From an uncultured Ruminococcus sp. (GTDB lineage Bacteria > Bacillota > Clostridia > Oscillospirales > Acutalibacteraceae): a DNA stretch of 53,931 nucleotides. The notes beneath the pieces are model-generated. The model searched no databases. It worked only from the letters and a program-made list of their open reading frames with translations, and was not told the origin of the DNA. Every line of letters starts with the position of its first letter. Positions within the stretch are counted from its first letter, which is position 1. The translations under genes and the position numbers were made by a program. The DNA lies in contig CADCJK010000001.1 in the NCBI GenBank assembly GCA_902801715.1, forward strand, positions 1 through 53,931, given 5' to 3'. Positions 8,551 to 18,883 of this stretch are shown in pieces.

Positions 8551-9768
8551 ATGAAAGTTCTTATTTTTTCTGCTACGACAGGCGGCGGTCACATGAGAGC
8601 CGCCAATGCTCTGAAAGAATACATCATATCAAAAGAGCCTGATTCCGTTGTACGCATAGAAGATACCATTGAATATGCCAGTCCGTTTCTGAATAAAGCA
8701 GTAACAGAAGGATATGTATACATGGCAACAAAAACTCCCAGAATGTACGGCACTTTCTATAGAACTATCGACAAGGAAAGTCCCGTGAATAAGACTTTTG
8801 AGGTAGCTGTCAATCAGTACAGAAAAAAATTCATGCCGCTGATTGATGATTTTGCCCCCGACATTATCGTGACAACTCACCCCATCGGCACGGAAATGGC
8901 TTCGGCAATCAAGGTCAAAGAAAATGTTCATATCCCCGTCATAAGCATTGTTACAGACTTTGCGGCACATCAGTGTTATGTAAATGACGGAGTAGATGCC
9001 TATATCGTATCGAGCACTGAAATGATTGGACAAATGATGCTCAGAGGCGTTGACGGTGAAAAAGTCCTCCCCTACGGTATACCTGTAAAACAGGAATTTT
9101 TCAGGAAAATAGATAAAAAAGAAGCAATGGAAAGTGAAGGACTGAATCCCGATGTTCCGACCATTCTCATCATGGCAGGCAGTTTCGGTGTCACGGACGT
9201 TCTGAAAATCTATCATAAAATCGTCAAATCGGACTGTGATTTTCAGATTGTCACCATCACAGGCAAAAATGAAAAACTCTATGAAACATTCGTGAAGTAT
9301 CTCAGCAAACTGACACTTAACAATACCCTTTTTGAATTCGACCTGCAGAAGCCGGCAGGACTTAAAACCAGTTTTAAACTGTCCCGTCATCAAAAGCCTT
9401 TCAAGCCCACCAAACTCCTCTACTATACCAATGAAGTCGAAAAATATATGCAGATAGCCGACCTTATTGTAACGAAACCGGGCGGTCTGACTGTCAGTGA
9501 ATCCATCGCCACCGGTCTGCCAATGGGCATTTTCAAAGCAATACCCGGTCAGGAAGAACAGAATGCCGATTACCTCGTAAGGAGCGGAATGGCAGTACGT
9601 CTTGAAAAAACGAATCAATGCACCAGAACCATTAACGAACTGATGTCAAAGCCGGAAAAACTGGCACAAATGCGTGAATGTATCCAAAGGTCATCATGCG
9701 GCAATTCCTCCGAACACATATATGAACTCATGCAGGAACTGATTCAGAAATATTCTAAAAAAGAATAA
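8551..9768 (+). CDS. Glycosyltransferase of the MGDG-synthase/UgtP type (GT28), diacylglycerol glycosyltransferase
   Basis: N-terminal KVLIFSATTGGGHMRAANAL and C-terminal ADLIVTKPGGLTVSESIATGLP motifs. ATG 8551 follows RBS AAAGGAAG. Confidence 0.7.
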   Translation: MKVLIFSATTGGGHMRAANALKEYIISKEPDSVVRIEDTIEYASPFLNKAVTEGYVYMATKTPRMYGTFYRTIDKESPVNKTFEVAVNQYRKKFMPLIDDFAPDIIVTTHPIGTEMASAIKVKENVHIPVISIVTDFAAHQCYVNDGVDAYIVSSTEMIGQMMLRGVDGEKVLPYGIPVKQEFFRKIDKKEAMESEGLNPDVPTILIMAGSFGVTDVLKIYHKIVKSDCDFQIVTITGKNEKLYETFVKYLSKLTLNNTLFEFDLQKPAGLKTSFKLSRHQKPFKPTKLLYYTNEVEKYMQIADLIVTKPGGLTVSESIATGLPMGIFKAIPGQEEQNADYLVRSGMAVRLEKTNQCTRTINELMSKPEKLAQMRECIQRSSCGNSSEHIYELMQELIQKYSKKE

Positions 9769-9773
9769 AAAAC

Positions 9774-9806
9774 AGCAGTCTGACACAAATAAAATGTCAG
9801 ACTGCT
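9774..9806. terminator. Bidirectional terminator between the glycosyltransferase gene and htpG
   Basis: 12-bp stem AGCAGTCTGACA / TGTCAGACTGCT with a 9-nt loop, flanked by A-rich and T-rich runs. Confidence 0.7.
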
Positions 9807-9812
9807 TTATTA

Positions 9813-11618
9813 TTATCCTATGAATCCAAGCACTTCCACACTTCTCTTGATGAAGTTGTCAAGTTCCTCAGCTGTCAGTTTACGCTGACTAATCAATGCA
9901 AGGTCAGATATATGCCTGCAAAGGAGTTTCTGTTTTTCGCTGTCGAGTGCCGGCAGTTTTTTCACAATGCCGTTATCGGTATTAACGATAAGCGTTTCGG
10001 AAACGGAGTCCGAACCCATGCTGCCGAACATATTGCCGTATATCTTGTTCATATCGCTGATGCGTCTTTCATATTCGTTTATAGTGATAATAGCAGGGGT
10101 ATCGGCTGTTTTGAGAGCCTGTGCCGTAATTGTCAGTTTTTCCATGCCCAGTGCATTTTTGAAGATATTCGTGATTTCTTCATTCATAACGTCCGAACCC
10201 TCGGATTTCAGAGCCTCACCCACTTCGGAATCTATCCTGACAAATTTTGTGCCTGTTTCCTTATATTCCAGGAATGAAACAAAATGCGTATCTATATTAT
10301 GTTCAAGTATCACGGCATCAAGTCCGTTATCTTTGAACATCTTCACATACTGCGACTGTTCATCCATGCTCGATACATAGTAAACTTTGTCACCCTGTTT
10401 CGGCAGCTCGGAAAATGTCTTGTAATCTCCGTTAATGCTCTTGTAAAGCATGATATCCTTTACTCTTTCATAGAACTTTTCATCTTTGATACAGCCGAAT
10501 TTAATGAACGGTGAAATATCTTCCCAGTAGCTTTCATAGCTCTTTCTCTCATTCTTGAAAATAGAGGTCAGCTTATCGGCAACTTTCTTTGTGATATGCT
10601 TTGAAATTTTTGCAACTTCACCGTCATTCTGCAAAAATGACCTTGATACATTCAAAGGCAAATCGGGGCAGTCTATGACACCTTTCAGAAGCATGAGAAA
10701 TTCCGGCACGACTTCCTTGATATTATCCGCTATATATACCTGATTGGAAAACAGCTTGATTTCTCCGGGCATTACTTCCAGTTTATTGGTCTGTTTCGGG
10801 AAATACAAAATGCCTTTCAGCCTGAACGGATAATCTACATTCAGATGTATCCAGAACAGCGGGGGATTCATATCCATGAACGTATCACGGTAGAAATCTT
10901 CATATTCCTCTGTCGTGCAGTCCTTGGGGGCTTTCAGCCACAAGGGAGCTGTATTGTTCAGGGGTTTTTCATCATCTTTTTTCTCTGCACCCGCAGCGGA
11001 AAAATATATCTCATACGGCATGAATTTGCAGTATTTTCTCAGAATTTCCTTGAGTTTATATTCATCAAGAAATTCCTTTCCGTCCTCGGAAATGTGCATG
11101 ATGACGCTTGTACCCTTTTCCGTGCGGTTGCCGTCGGATATTTCATAAGTACTGCTGCCATCGCTTACCCAATGTACCGGCTGCGCATTTTTCTGATAGG
11201 AAAGTGTCTGTATCTCAACGGTATCGGATACCATATAGGCAGAATAGAATCCCAGTCCGAAATGTCCGATAATACCGCTGTCAGCGTCTGTTTTGTCCTT
11301 GTACTTTTCGATAAATTCCTGTGCACCCGAAAAAGCAATCTGAGTGATATATTTTTCCACTTCTTCATCGGTCATGCCGATACCGTTATCCGAAAATGTC
11401 AGCGTCTTGTTTTTCTTATTGAGAACAACGTCTATTCTCGGCTTGATACCGTCATCTTCGGCATCTCCCATCAGGCAAATGCTCTGATATTTCTTGATAG
11501 CATCACAAGCATTTGCAACGACTTCCCTGACAAATATATCCTTGTCGGAATAAAGCCACTTCTTGATGATCGGAAATAAATTCTCCGAATCAACTTTAAT
11601 CTGTCCTTCTCTTTTCAT
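9813..11618 (-). CDS. htpG: Molecular chaperone HtpG (Hsp90)
   Basis: 601 aa with GHKL ATPase motifs (REVVANACDA, DNGIGMT, GHFGLGFYS). RBS GGAGG upstream of the ATG. Confidence 0.9.
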   Translation of the reverse strand: MKREGQIKVDSENLFPIIKKWLYSDKDIFVREVVANACDAIKKYQSICLMGDAEDDGIKPRIDVVLNKKNKTLTFSDNGIGMTDEEVEKYITQIAFSGAQEFIEKYKDKTDADSGIIGHFGLGFYSAYMVSDTVEIQTLSYQKNAQPVHWVSDGSSTYEISDGNRTEKGTSVIMHISEDGKEFLDEYKLKEILRKYCKFMPYEIYFSAAGAEKKDDEKPLNNTAPLWLKAPKDCTTEEYEDFYRDTFMDMNPPLFWIHLNVDYPFRLKGILYFPKQTNKLEVMPGEIKLFSNQVYIADNIKEVVPEFLMLLKGVIDCPDLPLNVSRSFLQNDGEVAKISKHITKKVADKLTSIFKNERKSYESYWEDISPFIKFGCIKDEKFYERVKDIMLYKSINGDYKTFSELPKQGDKVYYVSSMDEQSQYVKMFKDNGLDAVILEHNIDTHFVSFLEYKETGTKFVRIDSEVGEALKSEGSDVMNEEITNIFKNALGMEKLTITAQALKTADTPAIITINEYERRISDMNKIYGNMFGSMGSDSVSETLIVNTDNGIVKKLPALDSEKQKLLCRHISDLALISQRKLTAEELDNFIKRSVEVLGFIG

Positions 11619-11695
11619 TTTTATAAACCTCCAAAAATATAATTACAATCAACACGCCACTCTTGGATTGCCGCAACGTGCTGATTGTTCATTAC

Positions 11696-14690
11696 TTATT
11701 GTGTATTGGCAAGCTGCCTGTCAAGCAGCTGCTGTCGTGTCATTAAGACATCTCTGGGCTTTGCCCCCTGATGAGGTCCCACAATACCCATTTTTTCCAT
11801 GTCATCTACCAATCTGCCTGCCCTTGCATAGCCCACTCTTAAACGCCTTTGCAAAAGTGAAGTAGATGCCTGTCCCGCTTCTACGACACATTCTATTGCC
11901 TGTTCTATCATCGGGTCAGCGTCACTGTCGGTATCATTATCTTTGGCTTTGCTGTCGAGAACGGCATTTTTCTCTATTTCATCAATAACTTCCTTGTCAT
12001 ATTCGACGACCTTATTAGTCTTGATAAAATTCACTATCTTTTCCACTTCATCGTCATCTACAAATCCGCCCTGCACTCGTATCATCTACAAATCCGCCCT
12101 GCACTCGTACAGGCTTTGTCGTGCCTATGGGAGAAAAAAGCATATCGCCTTTTCCAAGCAGTTTTTCCGCTCCGCCTGAATCCAGTATCGTTCTTGAATC
12201 AATCTGCGACTTCACGGCAAATGCGATACGGCTCGGTACATTGGCTTTGATGAGTCCTGTAATGACATCAACAGAGGGTCTTTGCGTTGCTATCACAAGA
12301 TGCATACCTGCGGCACGTGCCATCTGTGCCAGTCGGCATATCGACTCTTCCACTTCATTCGGTGCCGCCATCATCAAATCCGCCAATTCATCTATCACTA
12401 TTACTATCTGACACATTTTTTCCAGCTTATGCACTTCTTTGGGCTTAGGTTCTTCATTGACGATATCCGCCTTTGCCTGTGCAAGCATTTCATCTTCTTC
12501 AAACGTGCGTTCAGGTTCATCTGCGGCTGTTTCGGTATCATCTGCGATTGCATTTTTTCTGTCAACAAGCCTGTTATAGCTGTGCATATCACGGACATTG
12601 TGTTCCGCAAAGGTCTTGTACCGTTCAAGCATTTCATTCACAGCCCAATTCAGAGCACCTGCGGCTTTTCTCGGATCGGTCACGACAGGCACCAGCAAAT
12701 GCGGTATGCCATTGTATACACCCAATTCCACGACTTTCGGATCAATCAGCATGAGTTTGACATCTTCGGGGCTTGCTTTATACAGCAGACTCACCAGCAT
12801 GGAATTGACACAGACAGATTTACCCGAACCTGTTGCACCTGCTATCAGCAAATGCGGCATTTTACTCAAATCTGCAAGAGTAATTTTTCCTGTGATATCC
12901 ACACCCAATACAACGGTCAATTTACTTTTGGCACTCTGAAATTCCCGTGATTCCACGAGTGAACGCATTCTGACGATACTCACATTTTTATTCGGCACTT
13001 CAATGCCAACGGCAGATTTACCCGGAATGGGAGCTTCAATTCTTACACCCGTTGCGGCTAAATTCAAAGCGATATCATCTGCCAGATTGGTTATCTTGCT
13101 GATTTTCACACCCGACGCCGGCTGTAATTCATATCTTGTAACAGACGGTCCACGGCTTACATGAGTAACAGTCGTCTGCACTCCGAAACTTTTCAGCGTT
13201 TCGACAAGCTTTAAGGCACTTGTATTCAGTTCATAGGAAACATTTTCCTCATTTTCCTTTTCAGGCGGTTCAAGCAGCGTAAACGGCGGCACAAGGTAAT
13301 TATCTCTTACAAGGCTCAGCTGTTCACCCTCATTGATATACTTTTTAATATCCGAAACACTGATGGTAACTCTTTCCTTTTTCTTCTTTTCAGGCTTTTT
13401 ATCGGGCTTTTTGTCAATCTTCCTGTCCTCTTTCTGTACAATGGGACTGACTTCCGGTTTTTCGGGGAATTCCGCAATATCCGCTCCGATAAAATCCATA
13501 TTCAAAGGCAAAGTTTCTTTTTTATCTTCTTTTATTTCCTGTTCTTTTATCTCTTGTTCCTGCGGTTTCGGCATTTCGGCAAATACCACTTCTTCATCCA
13601 ATATCTCCGAACTCGTAATGATATTCTGAGCAATATTTTCTTCTTCCTCACCCGAATCCATGACAATATCCAGTTTTTCTTTTACGGAAGATTTTTTCTT
13701 CTTTTTAGGCTTGATGAAATCAGGGCGATATATCGGCATCTTTCTTAACTTGACAAACAAATTATCTTTTTCTTCGGGATTTTCTGCCGGAATCTCTCTT
13801 TCAACGGATTTTTCTGCAGTTTTTCCTTCTTCTTCGGAATTTTCCGTCACATCAATTTTTTGTTTAAGAATTTCCGCTTGTTCCTGCCTTTTCTTTTCAA
13901 GGGCAGCTCTTTTTTCAGCCTTTCTGCGTTCAAAATCTTCCACAGCCTGTCTGCGTTGTTCGGCTTTGATTTTCTGTTCTTCCTCACGCACAGCAGACTG
14001 CATCTGAACAGTATCTGCAATTTTCTGCACAACAGGCTCTTTGAATTGCTCTACCAAATCTCCGAACAGAACTTTCAGACAGTTATAAAATAAAAATACA
14101 AATATAAACAGTGATATGATGCCGCCGCCCGTTGCACCGAATATTTTCGCTATGAATACACCGAAAATACCGCCTGCAATCCCTGCACCGATATGCTGAC
14201 CGCCTTTTCCGAAACACTCCACAAGTTCCGTGACATAATCACTGAGTTCAATGCCGTGTGAACCAAATGCATATACAGTTGAACCGAACACCATCAGTGT
14301 CACTGAAAAAAGAGCAATCTGAAATCCAAGACGATAGGCAAATTTTTTCTTTCGCATCTGCCTTATGGAATATATATTGAGTATCGGCACGAATATCCCC
14401 AGAAATCCGAACAATCCCCAGTAATATTCATGCAGGATAAGCCAGACTTTTTCACCCGGTATCAGATAAAACAACACCAGAAAAAGAGATATCACATAAA
14501 GCGTTATCATTCTTTTTCTTTTCCTCTGCTGTATGTACTTTTTTATTTCAGCCTGTTTTTTGGGATCGGGCTTCGTTTTTTTATGGACAGGCTTTTTTTT
14601 CGCTGCAGATGATGGTTTTGCATTTTGCTTTTCTGCCAAAAATATCTCACCTCTTTTTCTTTCCATCATGCAAATCGGGCAACACCCCAA
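11696..14690 (-). pseudogene. ftsK: DNA translocase FtsK/SpoIIIE, reading frame broken by a 28-bp tandem duplication
   Basis: ORF 12054..14690 holds N-terminal TM helices, a K/E-rich linker and the motor (Walker A GATGSGKS). ORF 11696..12085 holds the gamma winged helix ([21 protein letters not shown]). Both contain [10 protein letters not shown], and removing one repeat copy gives a single 2967-nt ORF. The true start may be TTG 14639. Confidence 0.85.
12054..12109. repeat. Perfect tandem direct repeat, 2 x 28 bp (TCATCTACAAATCCGCCCTGCACTCGTA)
   Basis: Copies at 12054..12081 and 12082..12109 are identical at every base. Confidence 0.95.
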
Positions 14691-14711
14691 AAAATGCTGC
14701 CCGATGATCTT

Positions 14712-15650
14712 TTAAAATACAAGGGTATTATGCGTAAACATATTTTCGCCTGTGGCAAGTTCGATAATGCTGATGACAAGCACGATTGCACCGACTATTG
14801 CCGTATATATGATAAATATATACATTTTATCTGTTGAAAGCAGCCATTTGAACAGCTTGATTGCAATAAAGCCCACAACTCCCGCAAACAACATTCCTAT
14901 GATAACCGGAAAATACTCGATTGTGACAGCCTGACCGTTTGCAGGGAAAAGTGCATCTTTGCCTTCAAGCAGTGCCGCTGCAACAATGGCAGGTGTCCCC
15001 AAAAGGAAGGAATAGTCCAATGCTATTTTTTTATCCATGCCCCTGAGCTGACTTGCCGCAAGCGTGGAACCCGATCTTGAAAGTCCCGGGAAAAGTGCTG
15101 CAAGGCACTGTGTACCGCCTACGATAAGTGCATCCGGTATTTTATAGCGTCTTCTTGCTTTTTTCTTGCCGTCCTGTTTGCCATCGCCATATTTTTGACT
15201 TTGCCTGTTGCCTGTGTAAAGCAATGCACTTGTTGCCAGAAGTGAAAGTCCTACTACAATAAAATAACCGTCTTTTGCAAATAAGTCTGCCAAATCTTTC
15301 AACTTCATGCCGTTTCCTATCGGCAGGAACATCACAAATAACGGCAACAATCCTATGATTATCATAAATGCCAGATTTTCTTCACCGTCAAGCTCTTTCA
15401 GCTTGAATTTTTTCGTGAATATCTTTTTGCAGACTCTGACAAGAGCCTTGAACAATCTTCCGACAAGTCTTACATAGACTGCTATCACTGCCGCAAGCGT
15501 TCCTATATGCAGCATTACCGAAAAGAAAAGATTATCTTCACTCATGCCGAGTATATGCTGTGTAATCGTAAGATGTCCGCTGCTCGATACCGGCAGAAAT
15601 TCCGTCAAGCCCTGTATGATTCCCTGAAATATCGCCTCAAATACATTCAT
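14712..15650 (-). CDS. uppP: Undecaprenyl-diphosphate phosphatase
   Basis: The N-terminus MNVFEAIFQGIIQGLTEFLPVSSSGHL is the BacA/UppP signature. Polytopic membrane protein. Confidence 0.9.
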   Translation of the reverse strand: MNVFEAIFQGIIQGLTEFLPVSSSGHLTITQHILGMSEDNLFFSVMLHIGTLAAVIAVYVRLVGRLFKALVRVCKKIFTKKFKLKELDGEENLAFMIIIGLLPLFVMFLPIGNGMKLKDLADLFAKDGYFIVVGLSLLATSALLYTGNRQSQKYGDGKQDGKKKARRRYKIPDALIVGGTQCLAALFPGLSRSGSTLAASQLRGMDKKIALDYSFLLGTPAIVAAALLEGKDALFPANGQAVTIEYFPVIIGMLFAGVVGFIAIKLFKWLLSTDKMYIFIIYTAIVGAIVLVISIIELATGENMFTHNTLVF

Positions 15651-15693
15651 ATATGTACCTCCCGATTTTCTGCGGCAGAATGATTTCTGCCGT

Positions 15694-16437
15694 TCATGAT
15701 TTTTTTGTCTTTTTCTTTTCAGACTTCCTGATCATTCTGTACAATGCACTCACGGCATCATTCAGATTACCTATACTGTCGATAAGCCCCTCGTCAACGG
15801 CATCCTGTCCGTCAAGAATCGTTCCTATATCCATCACCAGTTCATTGGTATTCATCGCAAGCTGATTATATCTTTCAGCGGATATATCGGAATGTTCCGT
15901 CACAAAGGTAGTTATTCTTTGCTGCATTCGCTGAAAATATTCGAATGCCTGCGGCACTCCCAGCATTAAACCGTTCATTCTGACAGGGTGTATGGTCATA
16001 GTTGCCGACTTTGCAATAAAAGACTTCTTTGCAGCGACTGCAATAGGCACTCCTATGGAATGTCCCCCGCCCAATACAAGCGATACAACAGGCTTTTTCA
16101 TGCCTGCCATCAGTTCCGCTATGGCAAGACCTGCTTCGACATCTCCGCCTACTGTATTGAGAATCATCAATAAACCATCTATTCTCTCGTCCTGTTCGAC
16201 TGCCACCAGCTGCGGTATGATATGCTCATATTTTGTGGTTTTATTCTGCGGTGATAAAATATAGTGTCCCTCTATCTGACCGATAATCGTCATGCACTGC
16301 ACGACATATTCACCATTATCAGACAGAATGGAACCTGTTTCAATGATATTTCCGAGCTGCTTTTCATGCACCTGTGCCTTTTCTTCTTCAGGCATTTCCG
16401 ACACTTCAGGTATCTGCTCACATGATTTTTTACTCAT
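15694..16437 (-). CDS. ClpP-fold protease-like protein (TepA / ClpP family)
   Basis: Contains [19 protein letters not shown] and [11 protein letters not shown], a ClpP/TepA-like core. Start moved to ATG 16437 after RBS AGGGGG. Confidence 0.65.
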   Translation of the reverse strand: MSKKSCEQIPEVSEMPEEEKAQVHEKQLGNIIETGSILSDNGEYVVQCMTIIGQIEGHYILSPQNKTTKYEHIIPQLVAVEQDERIDGLLMILNTVGGDVEAGLAIAELMAGMKKPVVSLVLGGGHSIGVPIAVAAKKSFIAKSATMTIHPVRMNGLMLGVPQAFEYFQRMQQRITTFVTEHSDISAERYNQLAMNTNELVMDIGTILDGQDAVDEGLIDSIGNLNDAVSALYRMIRKSEKKKTKKS

Positions 16438-16488
16438 CTTTTCGCCCCCTGTAACAGTATTTCCAAAACAGAGGGCTACATACATAAG

Positions 16489-16517
16489 AGTATAGCATTT
16501 TTTTTCGGAATCTTCAA
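16489..16517 (-). promoter_or_regulatory. Candidate promoter for the TepA-like gene (TTGAAG-17-TATACT)
   Basis: Minus strand reads TTGAAG (16517..16512), a 17-nt spacer, then TATACT (16494..16489). Confidence 0.4.
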
Positions 16518-16555
16518 GCCTTTTTTTCAATTATACTCATAACAGGCGTGAAAAA

Positions 16556-16945
16556 TTACAATTTTAGCTTTTTGCTTATCCAGCCGCACAATGCCAATAT
16601 CGGAATTGTGAGAACTGCCCATAATGCACTGTACAAAGGGCATATCTGTCCATGGAAATTCAGCGGCTGACGGGAATAGTCCCATACTTTCAGCTTCATT
16701 TTGATATTGAAGATATATCCCGCTATGAGTTCCATAAGCGTGATAACGGCACTCCCTGTCACACATTTAATCCATACAGAACACATCGCTATTTTTTTGA
16801 AAAGACTATATAAAATTGCAAAACACGTTCCGCCCGTGAGTACCATTGACCAATGCGTATATCTTCTCCAGAGAATCTCCAAAGCACCGTATAACATTCC
16901 GCCTAATGACATTAAAAATATATTGCACCTAAAAAATTTTTTCAT
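16556..16945 (-). CDS. Small polytopic membrane protein (putative ABC-transporter type IV / PF06541-like)
   Basis: 129 aa with 4 predicted TM helices. The assignment rests on the LYGALEILWRRYTHWSM motif, recalled from memory. Confidence 0.5.
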   Translation of the reverse strand: MKKFFRCNIFLMSLGGMLYGALEILWRRYTHWSMVLTGGTCFAILYSLFKKIAMCSVWIKCVTGSAVITLMELIAGYIFNIKMKLKVWDYSRQPLNFHGQICPLYSALWAVLTIPILALCGWISKKLKL

Positions 16946-16995
16946 ACAAAACCACCTTTGAAAGTAGTATTTGTATGAAAAAACGATTTTATTTA

Positions 16996-17913
16996 TCAGC
17001 TTAAAAATCCGTCTATGATAGTCGCTTCTGCTTCCTGTTCGGTCATGCCGAGGGTACGGAGTTTTAATATTTGTTCGCCTGCAATTTTGCCGATAGCCGC
17101 TTCATGTATCAATGCCGCATCGGTATCATGTGCATGAAGTTCGGGAGCGGCATCAACTTTGCCATGCTCCGAAATGATAGCGTCACATTCCGAATGTCCT
17201 GTGCAGGGGGCATTTCCGATTATCACGGAATGATATCCCTGATGGGAATTATCCCTTGCAACCGACCTCGATATCAAATCAACGCCTGAATCTTTGCCAT
17301 TGAGTTCCACACAAAATTCCGTTTTAGCCGTCTGGTCTTTTTCGGTTAAAATTCTTTCTCTAATCAGCAGTTTTGCACCTGCACCCAATTTTGCAGCGGT
17401 CTTTCTCAAAGTTCTGTCAACGCCGCCGATCTGAGCCGTATCCATTTCCAGAACGGCATTTTCATCGAGTTCCGCCTCTGTCACGGGGTCAATGGATTTC
17501 AAGCCTGTGCCATGACCTGTGCCGATGTGCTTTTCCAGATATTTCACTTTGGAATTCTTGCCTAACATAAATCTGTGAATACCGTTATGACGTGCCGGTT
17601 CACCTGTTTCCGTGTGTATGCCGCAGCCTGCTACTATTATCACATCTGCATTTTCACCTACATAAAAATCATTATAAACCAAGTCGTCTACATCTCCATG
17701 AGTGACACAAGCCGGTATAGAAACCGTTTCGCCTTTGGTATTTGCTGCTATGAATATTTCAAGCCCCGGCTGGTCTTTCTTGCTTTCAATCCTGATATTC
17801 TTGCTGGAAACACGTCCGACACAAGCACCGTCTTCTCTTATATTATAAGCTCCCTTGAATTCTCCGTTCCATTCGGATATTTCTTTCAAAAGGTCTTTTG
17901 TTATCTCTTTCAT
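16996..17913 (-). CDS. SufB/SufD-family Fe-S cluster assembly protein
   Basis: Beta-helix-type SufBD sequence (HNGIHRFMLGKNSKVKYLEKH). Start ATG 17913 overlaps the sufC stop as TAATG. Confidence 0.75.
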   Translation of the reverse strand: MKEITKDLLKEISEWNGEFKGAYNIREDGACVGRVSSKNIRIESKKDQPGLEIFIAANTKGETVSIPACVTHGDVDDLVYNDFYVGENADVIIVAGCGIHTETGEPARHNGIHRFMLGKNSKVKYLEKHIGTGHGTGLKSIDPVTEAELDENAVLEMDTAQIGGVDRTLRKTAAKLGAGAKLLIRERILTEKDQTAKTEFCVELNGKDSGVDLISRSVARDNSHQGYHSVIIGNAPCTGHSECDAIISEHGKVDAAPELHAHDTDAALIHEAAIGKIAGEQILKLRTLGMTEQEAEATIIDGFLS

Positions 17914-18638
17914 TAGAATAATGCCTCCTGTTTTGAACATCTTCCGATCATGCCGCTGTTTTCCGCAAGGCTTTTCATCATTTCATCAGCCGAACCCGAC
18001 ATTTTGATTTTGCCGTCAGCCACTATCGCAATTTCATCTGCAATTTTCAGGATTCTCTCCTGATGGGATATGATAACGATAGTGCCGTCCATGTTTTTAC
18101 GCATTTCTTCAAAGGTGTGTATGAGATTCGTGAAACTCCATAAATCAATGCCTGCTTCGGGTTCATCAAAGACTGTCAGCTTTGAATTTCTTGCCAATAC
18201 CGTTGCAATTTCGATTCTCTTTATTTCACCGCCCGAAAGAGTGGCATTCACTTCCCTGTTGACATATTCGCCCGCACACAAGCCAACTTTACTGAGAATA
18301 TCACAGGTAACATCTCTTTCCAATTTTTTTCCTGCGGCAAGTTCAAGCAGTTTCTGCACAGTAATGCCCTTGAATCTCACGGGCTGCTGAAAAGCAAAAC
18401 TAATGCCCATTTTTGCACGTTCAGTGATATCTATATCCGTGATATCCTTGTCATCAAAGTAAATTTTACCGCTGTCCTGCTTGTAAATGCCTGCAATAAT
18501 TTTGGCAAGCGTGGTCTTTCCGCCGCCATTGGGACCTGTCAGAACGACTAATTTTCCGTCAGGCACTTCCAGATTCAAATCTTTCAATACAGGAGTGCCG
18601 TCAGGCGTACTCCATGAAATATTTTCCAGTTTAAGCAA
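17913..18638 (-). CDS. sufC: Fe-S cluster assembly ATPase SufC
   Basis: Walker A GPNGGGKTT, signature LSGGEIKR, Walker B LTVFDEPEAG. TTG start at 18638. Confidence 0.85.
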   Translation of the reverse strand: MLKLENISWSTPDGTPVLKDLNLEVPDGKLVVLTGPNGGGKTTLAKIIAGIYKQDSGKIYFDDKDITDIDITERAKMGISFAFQQPVRFKGITVQKLLELAAGKKLERDVTCDILSKVGLCAGEYVNREVNATLSGGEIKRIEIATVLARNSKLTVFDEPEAGIDLWSFTNLIHTFEEMRKNMDGTIVIISHQERILKIADEIAIVADGKIKMSGSADEMMKSLAENSGMIGRCSKQEALF

Positions 18639-18883
18639 CTTTTATCATCCTTTTATCAAAAAAAATTTGTACCATCGTATTATAACACAACGGCAAAGAT
18701 AAAATCAATCAGTCTTTCAAAGATTATAGAATATATTACAGGAAAGTATTCAAAAATTATTAAATTTGTCTATTTAACTAAAAAATTGCATAAAAATTAC
18801 TGCAAAATACATCTATACTTTATTCAAAAAGTGTAGTATAATAATCTCTGTATAAAGCTATGATCATCGAAAGGAGAATTCAA

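Noticed and set aside
8629-9618. A 329-aa ORF antisense to the glycosyltransferase gene. Similar long antisense ORFs occur at 10845..11579, 12282..12950, 25744..26331, 32299..32949 and 47352..47984.
   Set aside because: Each lies entirely inside a gene with clear family motifs on the other strand and has no RBS. Their composition is Cys/Phe/His/Ile-rich junk with no recognisable motifs. These are shadow ORFs of the kind expected opposite real genes.
11619-11695. A CIRCE (HrcA) or CtsR operator upstream of htpG.
   Set aside because: Neither TTAGCACTC-N9-GAGTGCTAA nor a GGTCAAA direct repeat is present. There is only a weak 4-bp CACG/CGTG inverted repeat.
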